Below, piece after piece: positions 12,163-25,746 of a stretch of 64,000 nt of DNA (position 1 is its first letter; the number at the start of each line of letters is the position of its first letter). The stretch covers positions 2,256,846-2,320,845 of the forward strand of contig RHPI01002069.1 in NCBI GenBank assembly GCA_009103225.1, read 5' to 3'. A program made the position numbers and the translations under genes. The notes beneath the pieces are model-generated. The model saw only the letters and a program-made list of their open reading frames with translations, ran no database searches and had not been told where the DNA came from. The stretch comes from Chlorokybus atmophyticus. Its lineage: Eukaryota > Plantae > Mesostigma and Chlorokybus algae.

Positions 12163-13199
12163 TGCTGGCTGGTTTGTAAATCTGTCCTCCTTTGCTGGTT
12201 GCTGGCCTTTTCCGCAATTGTACACAAGCCGCTGTGTAGATACGCTTTTGAGAAGCGGGTGCAAACTGTAAACTATGCGAGGATACTTTCATATTACGCC
12301 TGCAATGCTCATCAGCATTGTAGCGTTGATCACATGTTTTTGTGGCGTTTACACAACACATGTTGAGTTAAATGCGGTCTGGATTCAATGTGACTGCCGC
12401 TACTCGACGCAGTCACACTGTACAAAAGACAGATCAGCATGCGTGACACTGAGCTCCCTTGGGCGGGGGATCTTGCGCGCATGTACGTGTGTAAAGGATG
12501 TGACCCACGCATTGTGACACGCAAGAGAGTGTGAGACATGCAACGCAAGCAACACACCACACCACCAAGTACTTCAATTCAATCGGCCTGTCAACTCACT
12601 ACCAACCTACCTACCTACCTTCACTACTAATTCAACCATCTTGGACATACAGGCATGTGCCATTGCCACATTGGTCATTTGCACCGGTCATATTAGCCTC
12701 CGCTGGATGATTAGAATGACAACGATGTGCAGCCAACTCCCCCAGCCGCCTCCCCAACACTCCACCCACAGCTCCTGCCACAACTGCCGTCGCTGCTGAC
12801 TGCCGCTTTTTACGTGTGTACTGAGACAGCAGCTACATATGACTTCAACATTCGAGTTGTGCGAAGCACACTTAAGAGGGATTATGCGGACACGAGACTA
12901 GACAAGACTCTCTAAGCTAGACCCTCAAGTAGGAGCAGGGGTGTGGGATGAGAGCAACAGCAAGCAGAGGATAGAAACATGCAGCGTGAATATACTAGCA
13001 TAGTGGTGCATTAGCACTCGACAACGTCATGCGCTAACAGCACTGCATGCATGCACTCGCACAGGTGAATATCAGAGCATATACTTGTTGCCACACTGCC
13101 TTATATACTTGTTGCCATCACCGCCAGGCTATGTGGCCCTAATTTGGGAATGGCCTCACATCTTAGCATCTGCCGTTTCGTGCTTATAATTGCTGTGAT

Positions 13200-13535
13200 G
13201 TTTCGCCGTTCGCAGCCAAAGTACAGACTGCCCGTGAATCTGATGCAAGACGCACACTCAAGCACACTCAAGCACACAGTCCAGCATGCACTCAAGCGCA
13301 CAAGTATCACAGAAGCAGCACGAGGCAATCTATTACCACAGGGGCACGTAATCCAGTGCTGTAACTGTAAGTGAATGCAACGGGGTGATGAGCAGGCAGA
13401 GTTGTTGGGCAAGCAGACCTGGGCACAGACGCCAGAGGCCCACGATGAGAACGTGGGGCATGTGAGGTAGTACAGCAGCAACAGGCAGCAAAGGTAGGAG
13501 CAGGGCGAGGGCGAGTGTGCAACTTCATGTTGTGC
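13200..13535 (-). repeat. Diverged dispersed repeat, copy A (homologous to about 33150-33465 on +)
   Basis: Collinear shared blocks: cacaaca, cgccctcgccctgct, tgctgctgt, caggt, ctgcctgctca, tcacccc, ttgca-cactta, tgcccct-tg-taat, ttgcat. Confidence 0.6.
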
Positions 13536-14034
13536 TGCTAAACGGTGGATGGCGCCGCCACTTTGCTGCTCGGCCAGTCCTGGTCTTGCCGTGTATTACG
13601 TAACAGGTGCATCGTTACGTCTTAAAGACTTGCAGTTCGCAATCGGCTGCAGGCTGTCACAGGACTCACGAGAACTGCAACGGTTAGATGGCGACAGAAT
13701 GAGGGGTGTTGGCAATCAGTCCAAAGCTATGTGGCTCGAGATTGTTTAAGCCTATAAATCGGAATTATAACCAGAGCCAGAGCCAGACGGCAAACCAGTA
13801 ATTGGCAACCAAGCCGGTGATTACGCATTACTGAAATGGATCTGTTTGCATTGAGATGGGGTGAGACCGCCCAAAGTTTGTGATGTCATAACTCTTCGTT
13901 GAAGTCCAAATTGAGTTTTTGTTTTCGTATTGAGTTTGTAGGCAATTGTAGCCCTCTCCAACAGTATTTCTCACACCGTGTTTCAGAGTGCAAATAAGGC
14001 AACAGCTCTCAAGGGGTCACACTTCAAACAACCC

Positions 14035-17000
14035 CTACTGAGGAGCGTGGTGTCTAATGCGATACCACACCCATATCGATGAAATAACTATGGCTGCATA
14101 GCTTATAAACTCAGCTACATGGCATGTACGCACATCACCGCCAAAACCAAGCCTACAAGAACTTATCAGCCTAAAACCTTGAAATATTCCCAAAATAGGG
14201 GACTTGACCCTAGCTTGCAGCTCCTCTGATGCTGGCTCCAAGCGCTCGTGTATGAACACCATCGGTTTCTGTGTCACGTAGTCGACGAAATCATTACGCC
14301 GACCATTGCTCAATAAGTAACATGTTAGCGTGACGGATGCTCGGTGCATATATGTTGCTTTGGTGGCAGACAATGCTGTCAGTAGGCAACCTAGACAATG
14401 CCAGCATCTCAACGACATGGACGCACCACGCGTATGAAGGGGTACATGGGGAAGCCTGCGCGCGTGGGTTGCAGCCCAGTGTAGCCGTCCGCATGTGCAA
14501 TCATAGTATAACCCGGGACTTCCGGCTGTTCGCTGCACAGTGTAGTATGTAATTAGCCCCAACGATGAGCCTGTATTTGCCACAGCTTGCATGTTATGTG
14601 GAACTGGGCGCGCGTACTGCAACAGAAAGCGGAAACCGCAGGCCAGCAAATCCGCATCAGTCAGCCCTTCTGTCTTGTTGTAACTGCGGTTAAAAACGCT
14701 CTCAGCACAGAACCAAACTCGCCCAAGTTTCCAGGCGATGACCATGGCACAGTCATGTGATGCGCATAAAGACCTCACATACACAGACTGTTGGTTTTCA
14801 AATACTCTGGCCTACGCCGGCGTCGAAGCCTCATTCTGCCTGGTTGAAGCTTATCAGCATTGTCGGCAACCGTCAACTTGTGTGGAAGTTAGTCTACGCA
14901 GCCAACGATCGTGCGCATGACACACCCGAACATTCGAACAGCTCTCCTTACTTGAGTGCAGGTACACATGCATGAAAGATAAGCAACAGATACTTTGACG
15001 TAGAGTGATGCATGAACACCCATGCCCACATCTTGCCCTCACCTCCAGGCGTGGTTCTCCAGCTCCAGGAACCGCGACCACCCCGTCGTAGCAGAGAGGT
15101 TACCCACATGAACAGAGCAGTAGCCATCGCACGCGGGGCCTGCAGAGAGCACGCACTGCTTCAGTCACGCAGTGAGCATAAGAAGCTGCGAAACCCAAAC
15201 CCACAACTCGCACAGCATGCATCTTCTTGTCCATAGCACGCACGCACGCACGCACGCACACACGCACACGCACACACGGGCAGGACCACTACCTTTCATT
15301 GAGTGGAGTAACTGCAACACGCGGCCTCCAGGGTAGTTCTTTCCGGCGATGGACATCATGATCACATTGAAACCAAAGCTGCCATTGCAAGTAACAACAT
15401 CACACGTAGTGTCATTGCCGCATACACTATCAGCACGCGAATGACAGCGCATAAACAGTACGGTACCTTCCCACTAGCATACCAACGACAAACGCCAGAA
15501 ACCAGCGCAGACTCTTGGCGGGGTTGATGTAGCTGCAGCAGCAACCACCACAATTACGTGTCACACCCACAACATGTACAGAAGGGTTTGCATGAAAGTG
15601 TGTCATCAGAGTGCTACATGCGATTGAGGGCTGCAGCGGCGGCGAGGTGGAATACCGGCAGCGTGGGAAAGATAATCCTCAGCTCCTGAGCAAGCAATGG
15701 CAATAATACAGTCAGCATGTCTTGGGCAACTGGCACCAGCTTATCATTACATGTGTACGGATCAGGGGTGCACGCAAATGTTGAATGTGCACCTCGGGCC
15801 TGAGGAAAGACAGTGCAATGAAGGCAGCCGCCGGCAATGTCAATGCGCGCACCCGCGAATCCATCCACACCCCAAGCTGACGATTGGTTGTTGAGTACGA
15901 CTCAGTGCAGGACAGCTGACATGGCATGCGCATGTATGTGTTTGTATACAGGCGCGCACGCACGTGTGTACACGCGCGTGCGTGTGCGTGCCGGACCCCA
16001 ATACCGTGGGGAGAAAGAAGTCGACACGGAGGGCCCGTCGCAGCGCATCTGTCAGGTACCAATGCCAGGGGGACACCTTGCATCACAAAGAGTGCAATCA
16101 CTTCCCAACATGCACACAACAACCACAATTCTGTTTTCCCCTCTTCCTGACTTACTCCCCAGTTGATGCTCTTGCCCAGCGCCCCGTTATACCACAGCGC
16201 CGATCCTTCCGGCCACACCAGCCTCGTGGCCACACCACCCCACAACCCAACAACATCATCAACACCTCCCTCTGCTCCTCCTTTCTTGTGCCAAAAGTAC
16301 GAATCCACTGCCACACTCGCAGCTGCATAAGAGAATGTCACATGTGTCATGGATGGAGCGAGTGTTGCAGAGTGTGTGAATGAGGGGCTTACTGAGGGCT
16401 AGGATGGCAGCAGTGAGGCCGGTGGAGATGAGAGTGCTCAAACGCATGCGACGAGTCTGTGAAACAGCAACACGGCTTGGGTGATTGTGTGAGCGAGTGA
16501 GACAGACACACACACACTAAGCAAACCGTTCAATAGACCAAGACGAGCACCACTGCATGCCAGCAAAGTACCGGACTCGCATGAAGTTGACTGAGTATAA
16601 GGGCTTACCAGCAGCAACATGAGTGAGATTGGCCCCAAGAAAAGCACCAGATCGCTGCGGAAAATAACCATAGCCGCAGTCTACAAGATTGAAATCACCA
16701 TTATAAGAAATCAGTGCGCTGCAGAGCACATGCGACACTCCTGATACGTTAGGTACACAGGAAACATGTTGTCATGTGCCCACCAATATGCTGACTGCTG
16801 CGCGATGTTGCCCTCTCAGCAGGCACGCCATGGCAAAGTTGGCTGCGATACATAGAAAGAAGAGTTTATAAAAAACGAGTGCAACATCCACACGTAGCAT
16901 GTGTACATGTATGCACGCGCGCACGCACACACACAGACACGGGCCCACACATGTACAACAAAGACACACACTCACAGGCAGCAAGAACCGGGGTGTTGGG

Positions 17001-17981
17001 CAGCGTCCGGCTCGCGTTGAACACTATACGGAACTGCACGAGGACGCAGAGAACAGCCCAAAACCTCCCGACCCTCCATCCAAACATCCTCACAATCTGC
17101 AAACACAGCTCTATGCCAATGAGCAACAGCAAGTATTGCGTAGCATGAACTTCATGCACTAGTGTGTTTGTGTAATAACAGACTCACTGCGCGGTGGAAT
17201 GCTGTGAGGGAGGCTGCGGAGATGAAGGCCGACGCACCCCTGACTGCCATCACGTAAGAATGAGCCTTGTACCATTCATAAGTCATGGCAGCATTATGTC
17301 ATCAAAACCACACTGCCACATACCAACGTACTGAGCTTGTAGCTTGCTCAGGCGCAAGCCGAAGATGATGGGAGCTGACAGGCCGGAGAGCACAATAGGA
17401 CCTGTGAAAGAAAGGCACGCGCATGAGCAACCACACATTGAATATGCTTCGATACAGTTGAAGTCACAAACACTCGCATGTGATGACTCTCACCTATAAA
17501 CGTGCGCGGCACTACGCCAGGGAGCTCAAGGTGATCATACTGCACACGAACCCACATGCACGCACAGTCAGAATGACACCACACACACTTCTCAAGGCTG
17601 TTATGAAGATGACGACGAATTCATTTGTGCCAAGCCCTCACCTTGCTGATGTTCCATCCGTGGTAGATTATGTCGTGGCACGCCTGCAGTCCAAAGCTCT
17701 CCTCGACTCTTGTGTAGGGGGCCAGCAGCAGGAGGAGCACGCAGGGGAGGAGGAAGAAGAGGAAGGGGGGGAGGAGGGGGGACAGGCTGGAGATGGCGTG
17801 GGAGAGGCCTGTGTGTGGGGGTGTGCGCGCGCGTGTGAGCATGCTTGTGTGTGCTTGCACGTGTACATGTGTGCGTGCTTATGCTCATGCCAGTGAGTGT
17901 ACGCGTGTGCAGGCGTATGTACGACGGAGTGTGGCTAGGCCAAGTGTGCATGCAAGAAACGTAGTGCACCTTACCAGCCAT
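14035..17981 (-). CDS. ALG12: ALG12-like Dol-P-Man alpha-1,6-mannosyltransferase (GT22/Alg9 family), diverged
   Basis: MAG|LSHA...[112 protein letters not shown]. The last exon boundary is approximate. Confidence 0.88.
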
Positions 17982-19882
17982 GCTGAAAAGGGTGTTGAGT
18001 TGGTGGCGAAGGCCAAACAGTGGAAGCTTGCGTGCATACAGCGTTGATTGGAGAGGTGTCACTTTTTCTCTCTTTTATGTATGTCCTATATATTTACCAA
18101 CTCGGATCGGGGGAAAGCCGGGCCTGACCCCCTTATGCCAATTCCTAATTACCACCCTCATTGGAGAGGAACCAATTTACTTGCGGCAAACCTTTCACCT
18201 TTGTCAGACAGCTGTCGTACATTTAGAACTCCTGAAGGATAGCGCAATAAAAACAAGTATGAGTGTGTCTGTGACAGGTCTTTAGCTGCCATTATCTCCT
18301 CAGCGATGTTGAATGCGCAAACAAACAATGCGACCAAATGCACACTCGAGTAACTACCATAGTGTCGAAATAAACTGCTAGACAATTGCCCTATGGTTGT
18401 TGATTCCACACTGCCTGGAAGCACAGCACAGACCGTGTGGCGCACTCACTGTCATGCACACGCTGTCATGCTTGCATTATCACACGTCAGCACTATTGAA
18501 AGCACACGTGAAGCGGGGCTTGCTTGCCAATACTCACTAGCCTGCATGCTTGCAGTTACACACCCACAACCAATGCCTGGCCCAGGGCACCGTGTGGTCC
18601 AACACAGTGTAGTCAACACTAGCATTGTGGAAGGTGACAGTTTCGACACAGCAGTCACACATGGAATTGCTTGACCACAGCAAGCATGACACTTACACCC
18701 GCGGCGCCCACGGCCGCCGCCGCCTGCTGTGACTGGCCTTCAGCAGGGAGACAGTGTGCCGGTAAAGTAAGCTTGTGCAAACTGCACAGTGCAATCTGCT
18801 ATACTGGCAACATTTTGGTCAATGACCGTCACGCTACTGCGCCGAAAGCGTTACGCACTACAGCCTGTGATGCGTGACGCTAGTGTCTTCAGTCAGTCAG
18901 TCAGCAACCAAAGCCGTCGCCAGGCCAGAGCAGGCTGGAGGGCGGCGGGAGGGGCGGCCTGGTGGGCAATCCTCTGCTGCGCATGGTTGGTTAGTCAGAC
19001 AGGCACTTGCAGCCGCGCACCAGGCCAGGAGCTGGAGATAGGACGAATCTCGCTGGTTGTATTGCTGCATGCTAGTATATACACGCCTTTACATGCCTGA
19101 GTTGATGCTATGACAGACATGCCGGGTTGTTCTTCTAAACCTTGACGGTGTCTCTGTGCATGATACACTGGGTCCCATTATTCGGGTAGTTTAGAGAAAG
19201 GGGCCAGATTGCATAGCTCCACAAGCACACCAACTCATCGCATCACAAGCAGCACAACAGCCACAGCAAACCAACTAGCTATACACAACTACGGGGGCTG
19301 GGGTCTATGTGCAAATGCGGAATAGGTAGAGCAGCAGCAGCAGGACAGCAAGGATGGAGCTGCAGCAAGTACCAGCAGAAGTGCACATTTCCTCAGTCGC
19401 TGAAATTGCATGCCAGTTAAGGTTGAGGTTGGCTAGTATTTTGTTTAACATGCGTCAGCGAGTTATTTCCTTCTTCTATACTTCTGTCAGATGCTTTGAG
19501 GTCACAGCGCTCAACCAAACAGCTCTGCTGCAACTTGTTGTTGTGTTTGGGCAGCTGCCTTGTTGGGACCCACGCAGCTTGCTGTTGTTGCTGCGGTAAG
19601 CGCCGTGTTGTGTAAGCGCTGTTGTTGCGATAGGTACACTTAGGCTATGCACATGTCCAGCTGTGTGCGTATGTGCAAGAGTGAGAGCGAGAGAGGGAGA
19701 GGAGGGGGAGGGAGGGAGGGAGAGAGAGCGAGTACGCATCGGGTTCATATATAAGACGCAATGCAACTTCTCTCCTGATGCAGGTCACGCGCAAGCACGC
19801 ACGCTCGAGAGGTTCTACTCGAACCTCGCCCTGCACTCTACACACAAGCACCGCACAACCACACGCCACCACGCAACCACAT

Positions 19883-22800
19883 TCACTGTCTAGTATGCTG
19901 CTGCTTAGCGCCCACCGCCACCACATTGGGTGCTAAGGGCCCTTCCTGCCTCGCCGATGGCAGCCTAAAACTCTTATACCCGACCGCACGTGGCCGCATC
20001 TGCTGCGCTTGCCTTCCAACAACGCTCGCGTTGCCACCTTTCTCGCCTGAGATGGTTGTGTCGGACTGTTCGGACTCAGCTGTGCGGGAAGAGGAGAGAG
20101 TGCTGGGCAATGTGGACAATGTGGACATGTCGTGGGTGAAGTCGGTGTCGAGTGGCCGCATGCGCGTGTTAAGACCGGATGTCATGGACTCCACATCGGT
20201 GTCGGGGATGACGTAGATATCTTCTCTGTGTGTAGGTGTTGGCGTAGAAGCTTGAATGTGGTCGGTTGTTGTGTTGTCCATGGAGTCGCGCGTGCTGGCT
20301 GATGATGATGTTGGTCTTGAGGGCTCAGGCGCGTGAGAGGTTGTTGTTTCAATTTCTTGGGTTGCTGGGATGTCTTCTGAGGCGGCCTCTTTGGTCCCAA
20401 GCACCTGTTGAAGGCATGGCAGAAGTTGTTTACATCAAGTACAAACACAGCAGCGAACAAGCCTGAAAGACAAGAAGTTGTGCTTGATGATGCTTGGTTT
20501 GTTTCATGTGCGCTGCTGTTGCTCTTGGTGGCACATGCATCCCGTGGGCTAGGAGCAACGAGAACAACGTATAACTAACCACAAACACTATGAGCAAACG
20601 GGCTGGACTGTTTACCTGAGCGTACAGCACCAGCGCTTCCCTGATCGCACTACTCCTGAGGTTCATCACGCTCTCGCGCACCACTTCTCCTCCTTTACCT
20701 CCCCTTGTCACCCTCTGCCAACACACCACACCACGCTCTTTCCACCCTGACGACGTGGCCCCACAACACACCCTCCATCACACACACAACCCAAACTCCT
20801 CCCCTCTCACCTGCCGCGGAGACGTCTCGACAGGCGCCTCCGACATCATCGTCATCCCCTCAGCTGGCACTGCGACATCCGCTCCGGTCTTGCGGCCGAG
20901 CGCGGGTGCGGGTGCGGGTGCGGGTGCAATGTCGTCGCCGGTCTTGCCGGGAGGTAAGGCCAGGATGTGACTCGAGATGGTGGCCATGACGGGGGGGTCT
21001 GGGGAGTGATGAGAGTGTCAGCGAGTGTTGGCAGTGGCTGTGGTGGTGATACCACTGGGTGATACTACTTAATCAGCAATGGCAGTAGCATGGGTTGTGG
21101 TGTGGCTACTGGTAGTGATGCATTGGTGTTGGCGCTAGTGCTGGCACTGGTATCGGCACTGGTGCTGGTGCTGGCATTAGAAGCAGCGCAACGGGCAAGG
21201 TGTAGCACTAGCACCAGCACCAGCACTTGCAACGACAGCACTAAACAAGCTTCAGCGAGAGAGCGCTGCTGCCACTACTGCTGCCACTGCTGGTAGTGAT
21301 ACTGGCACCACGACCCGTGATGCTAGCAGCAGCACTTTCCGGTGGAAAATTGAGCAACACCTACTGCTGGCAAACGGAGAGAAGGACTCTACTGCTGTTT
21401 CTGCCACTGCCGCTGAGTATCAATGTCTGATATGATACAATCAAACATTGATACTCAGACATTGACACTCATTGTCTCACCCGGCAGGCGCCATTCAGTT
21501 GTGCCAGTTGGTATGCCCCCTTGAGGGTCCCGTGCCAGCCCCTCCCGCAGCGCCGCGATCACCGCGTCGAGCTCGGAACGGTAGGACTGCATCTGAGAGG
21601 GAGAGGGGTGGGGTGTTGGGTGGGGTTGCAGAGTGATGTGTTGGGGTGGGGTGTGGGTTGGGTACCTGCTGTTTGAAGTGTTCGGCGGCGTGGGCGAACT
21701 CGCGTGTGGATAGGAGCTTCTGGCCTCCGCCTGCAAGAGCGGCATTGTAGCCTGAGTACTACATACATTCTTGATACATCTGGAGATACAACATAGGGTT
21801 GCGCATGCATACTCGCATGCATGCCACAGGTACACACACCCGCGCCCACACACACGCACATGCACGCACGCACCCGCGCGTATGCATCTGCACACAGGCA
21901 TGCACACGCACACACACACACACAAGCCCATACCCGTCCTCGCCGACAGCGGTCTTTGATGCATCATCGGCGTGTGCGTCTTCCCCCCGCTTCCCCCCTG
22001 GCCTGGCGTTCCCGGTCTCGACATCGGCATGGCCGGTCGGGACATCGGCGTCTTGGGCCGGGCGGTAGTGTCGGCGGGAGTGAGGGTGAGAGGAGTAGTG
22101 GTGATGTGGCCGTTGATGACGCGGATATCGGTGCGGATGCCCATACGAGCCTTGAACGCCTCTGTTGTGGGCGAGACATCAGAGCACACAGACACATGCA
22201 CACACGCACGCACACGCACGTGCATGCACACATTGACACATACGCGCACGCATGCACGCACGCACAGGCACATGCATGCACGCATTGACACAGACATGCA
22301 AGCACATGCGCGCACAGAGAGCCTGCCTGAATCAATGGAACAAAGCACTCAGAAGCTTGAGTGCTGCCCACAAAGTCTTACCCAATCCCTTAGCTTCTTC
22401 ATCCATCTCTGGCGTCGTGTCCTCCAACTGCGCGTGCATATCAGCGACGGCGATATCGTCCACGAGGGCGAGGGTGGGGAGAGTAGTTGATAGCATTCTT
22501 CTGCAACACAACGACTTCATCAATCAAAATCAACATACCTAAGAGATGATGTGTTGGTGATGGAGGAGATGATGTGTTGGTGAGTCCTTACTTGTTGGTT
22601 GTGTTTACAGGGTTGCCTGCGATGGACAGCTCTGCCAGCTGGCTGAGGCTTTTGAGCGCTTGTAGACTGGTGTCGTCACTCAACCTGCAAGATGGCAGTG
22701 AGTTCAAGCTCTGACTGCAGCAGACACATGCACACGCACACGCACGCGCACACCTGCCCGTGTGCGCGTGTGCATGCGTGCATGTGTGTTGCTACTGTGC

Positions 22801-25113
22801 TTGCGCGCGCACACGCCAAAAAAGCATGCATGCTCACGCACACACAGACACAGATACACAGATACACAGGTACACTTGCACGCAGGTGCGCGCACACACA
22901 AAATCGCACACAACAGGCATGCAGGTGAGCACATATCCAACCGCACGCACACACGCACGCACGCGCACGCGCGCACACCCACGCGTACCTGTTGTTGCGC
23001 ACGTCTAGTATCTCCAAGCTCGGACACGACTCCGCCAGTCCATCAAGTGTGGTGATCGCGTTGCCACTTGCGTACAGCTCCTGCGATGCGATCAATAGCA
23101 ACACACGTTCACGTGTCACCACACGTGTCACCACACACACGACCATGTGAACAAGTGTGAACAAGTGTGTACTTGCCGTCAGCATGGGGAGGACAGGCAG
23201 CCCTTGCAGGGACGTAAGCCGGTTGTCTTCAACATAAATAATCTACGGAATGTAGTCAGTACACCGCACGCGAACACACGCACACTGCACTATGTGTCAC
23301 TTACGTCCAATGAAGCTATGGAAGGCAGTGTGGACAGCGTGGCGAGTCGGTTGCGAGAGAGCTGAAGCTCCTGAAGCTTGGTGCATTTCCCGACACTCTG
23401 CAAAACAGCAGAAGCAGTAGTGGAGTAGTGATTCAGTCGATCGAGGAGAGTGAATCGATCGTAAATGAATGAATGAATGAATGACTAAATGATTGAATGA
23501 ATGAACGAATCGGTGGATGATTGATGAAGCATTCAATCAACCACATACACATGAGCTAGTGACTAAGTGATTGATTGGATGAGTGAATACTTCTGAGCGA
23601 ATGTTTGTACGAGTGAGTGAGTGTGTATGTATCTTTCACCTCAACAGAAGTCAGCTGGTTGCTGCTCAAGTCCAGCTCTTCAAGCAATGTCAGACCCTCA
23701 AAAGCCTGTTTGCATGATACCACCAAGGAAGTTGTTGTGTGATACAGCAAGTACAGCAACAACATGAGGAGTTTCATGTTATTGTTATTGTTGTTGTTGT
23801 TGTTTCACACAAGCAGTGCTGGCGAAAGATACACACACGCATACCCTTGGGTGCAAGGACTTGATGCCGTTGCGACTGAGATTGAGCGAAGTCAGCGACG
23901 TCAAACGCGAAAGGCGAGACACGCCAGTCAACCTGCAACAAATAGGTTGTGTGTACTGCGTGCATGTGCATGCGTGCGTGCGTACGTGGGTTACCGTGCG
24001 TGTGTACGCATGTGCGTGCGCATGTGTCCGTGTGTGTGCGCTCGCGTGCGTGTGTGTGAATCTTAATGAACCACCATGATGGCATTGACACTTGCAACTC
24101 TACTTGCACACCTGTTGCCGTCCAATCGGAGGTGTTTGAGGCTGCGGAGGTTGTCCAGCCCCTCAATCTTCTCTATGAGGTTGTCGTGAAGGAGAAGCGT
24201 CGTAAGGCAGGACAGCCTACAAAGTGATATGAGGATAAAGTATCAACAAAAAGTCAAACGTAGGTATATTCTAGCAAAATCTTACCCCACATCAATCATC
24301 TATCTGTCAAGGCCATGTCATGTGTATTCTTTGGTCCAAGATATTGCGTTACACACCTTTCAAGGCCTGAGATGTATTGGATGGAGTTTCCGTACAGCTT
24401 CAGCTCTCTCAAATCCCGCAGACTGCTTAAACTGCCACACACCACAACATGACAGAAAACGATGTGACAATCTGTTGCAAAGCCAACATCGATTGTGCCT
24501 ATTGCGTGTGTAACGTCGCCATAACCTTACCCAGCTAATGAAGTCAGCTTGTTGAAGGACAAGTCCAGGCTGCGAAGCCGCGTGCACTGTGTGATGAAAA
24601 TGAGAAAAGGGGGAAGCCTCATGTTGGTATGTGCATTTGGTGTGTCTACGCGCAGTTGTCGTGTTTACGTGCAGTTGTCGTGTTTACGTGCAGTTGATGT
24701 GTCGGCACGCGCATGTGGGTGTATGAGTTAAAGAGCTGCTTGCAATGCTTACTTGCTCGAGGGAGGTTATGTGGGTTAGACCGCGGTTGTGCAAGTCCAT
24801 GACGTACGCGTCGCGCGGGTTCTCGCCTTGCGCGCCAAGCCACTGAAACCAGAGGCATAACACCATGAGGATGGATGAGTGGGAGTTATTTAAATCGTGC
24901 TCTACATAACGCTGTGCATGACATTTGATGAGCAAACTGGTTGTGCTGACAATGGTATGTATGTGTGCATGCGCCTATGTACATTCGCTAGTATATATGC
25001 GCACGCTTATGCCCGCGCACACACACGTTCCTTTCTCCTCTCACCAGCATGTCTTCCGTGACCAGTGTGTCATCCTCGCCCGCCTGTTCCATCTGTCCAC
25101 CTCCTCCATTCAT
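19883..25113 (-). CDS. SDS22-like leucine-rich-repeat protein (about 11-12 LRRs plus LRR cap) with a long S/T/P-rich tail; possibly ciliary or centrosomal
   Basis: Successive exons each encode about one LRR (LDLSFNKL, LKLYGNSI, LLLHDNLI, LRLDGNRL, LNLSRNGI, LDLSSNQL, LQLSRNRL, LYASGNAI, LDVRNNRL, LSIAGNP). The tail has RPKTPMSRP..RPGTP..RPLSART and GYKSFRLP. One GC-AG intron (donor at 23176). Confidence 0.85.
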
Positions 25114-25746
25114 CCCCAAACTCACTCACCCTGCAATCCCCCTAACCCCACATCACCACACCTCTATCACCACCCTCTCAGCCAACCGCCAACTACCACA
25201 AGCACACATACTTACAACACTTGCTCAGCCTATATACACACATCAGTGGCAACGCACACGTGTGTATGTGTCATGTTGTGCTCAGCTGCGCTTAAGCAGA
25301 CACATTCACACAATCAGCCAAGCCCAACAAACGAGTTTGACAGGTTGCTGTATACGACATACGTGTGAGTCTGTGTGTTCTTTTCTCTCCTCTCCCCCCG
25401 CCCAAGCACGTTACAGGCAAGGTGTGCCTTAGTAGGATTATTGCTCGCACGCACACAGTGATTATGTTGAGGATGCCAGCTGGCAGTTGTTTCTTTGCTG
25501 GCAGTTGTTTCTTTGCTTGTGAGGAGCGACTGGCCTTAACGCCCTAACATCTCTCAACGCTGATCGCTTCGCGCCTAACGCGCGCACGTGACTTTTGTGT
25601 TGTGGCGAAAGCTCCCGCTTAACGGCGATAGCTTTACCGGCTGCATTCTCGTAATACTATGCAGAAACTACCGTATTTTGTCGGATACCCCCTTTCCCCC
25701 CTCCCTGCGAAAATGAATTGGGGGGGGGGGGGGTAATCCTCAGCTC

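Noticed and set aside
21455-23185. Long ORFs rich in C/V/A/R/H/T in the ORF track
   Set aside because: They read through CA/TG intron microsatellites. Only the embedded LRR-gene exons are real.
24645-25520. Short tandem duplications of 18-31 bp (also near 9118, 22545, 46315, 53790 and 62886)
   Set aside because: Ordinary slippage products in introns and intergenic DNA.
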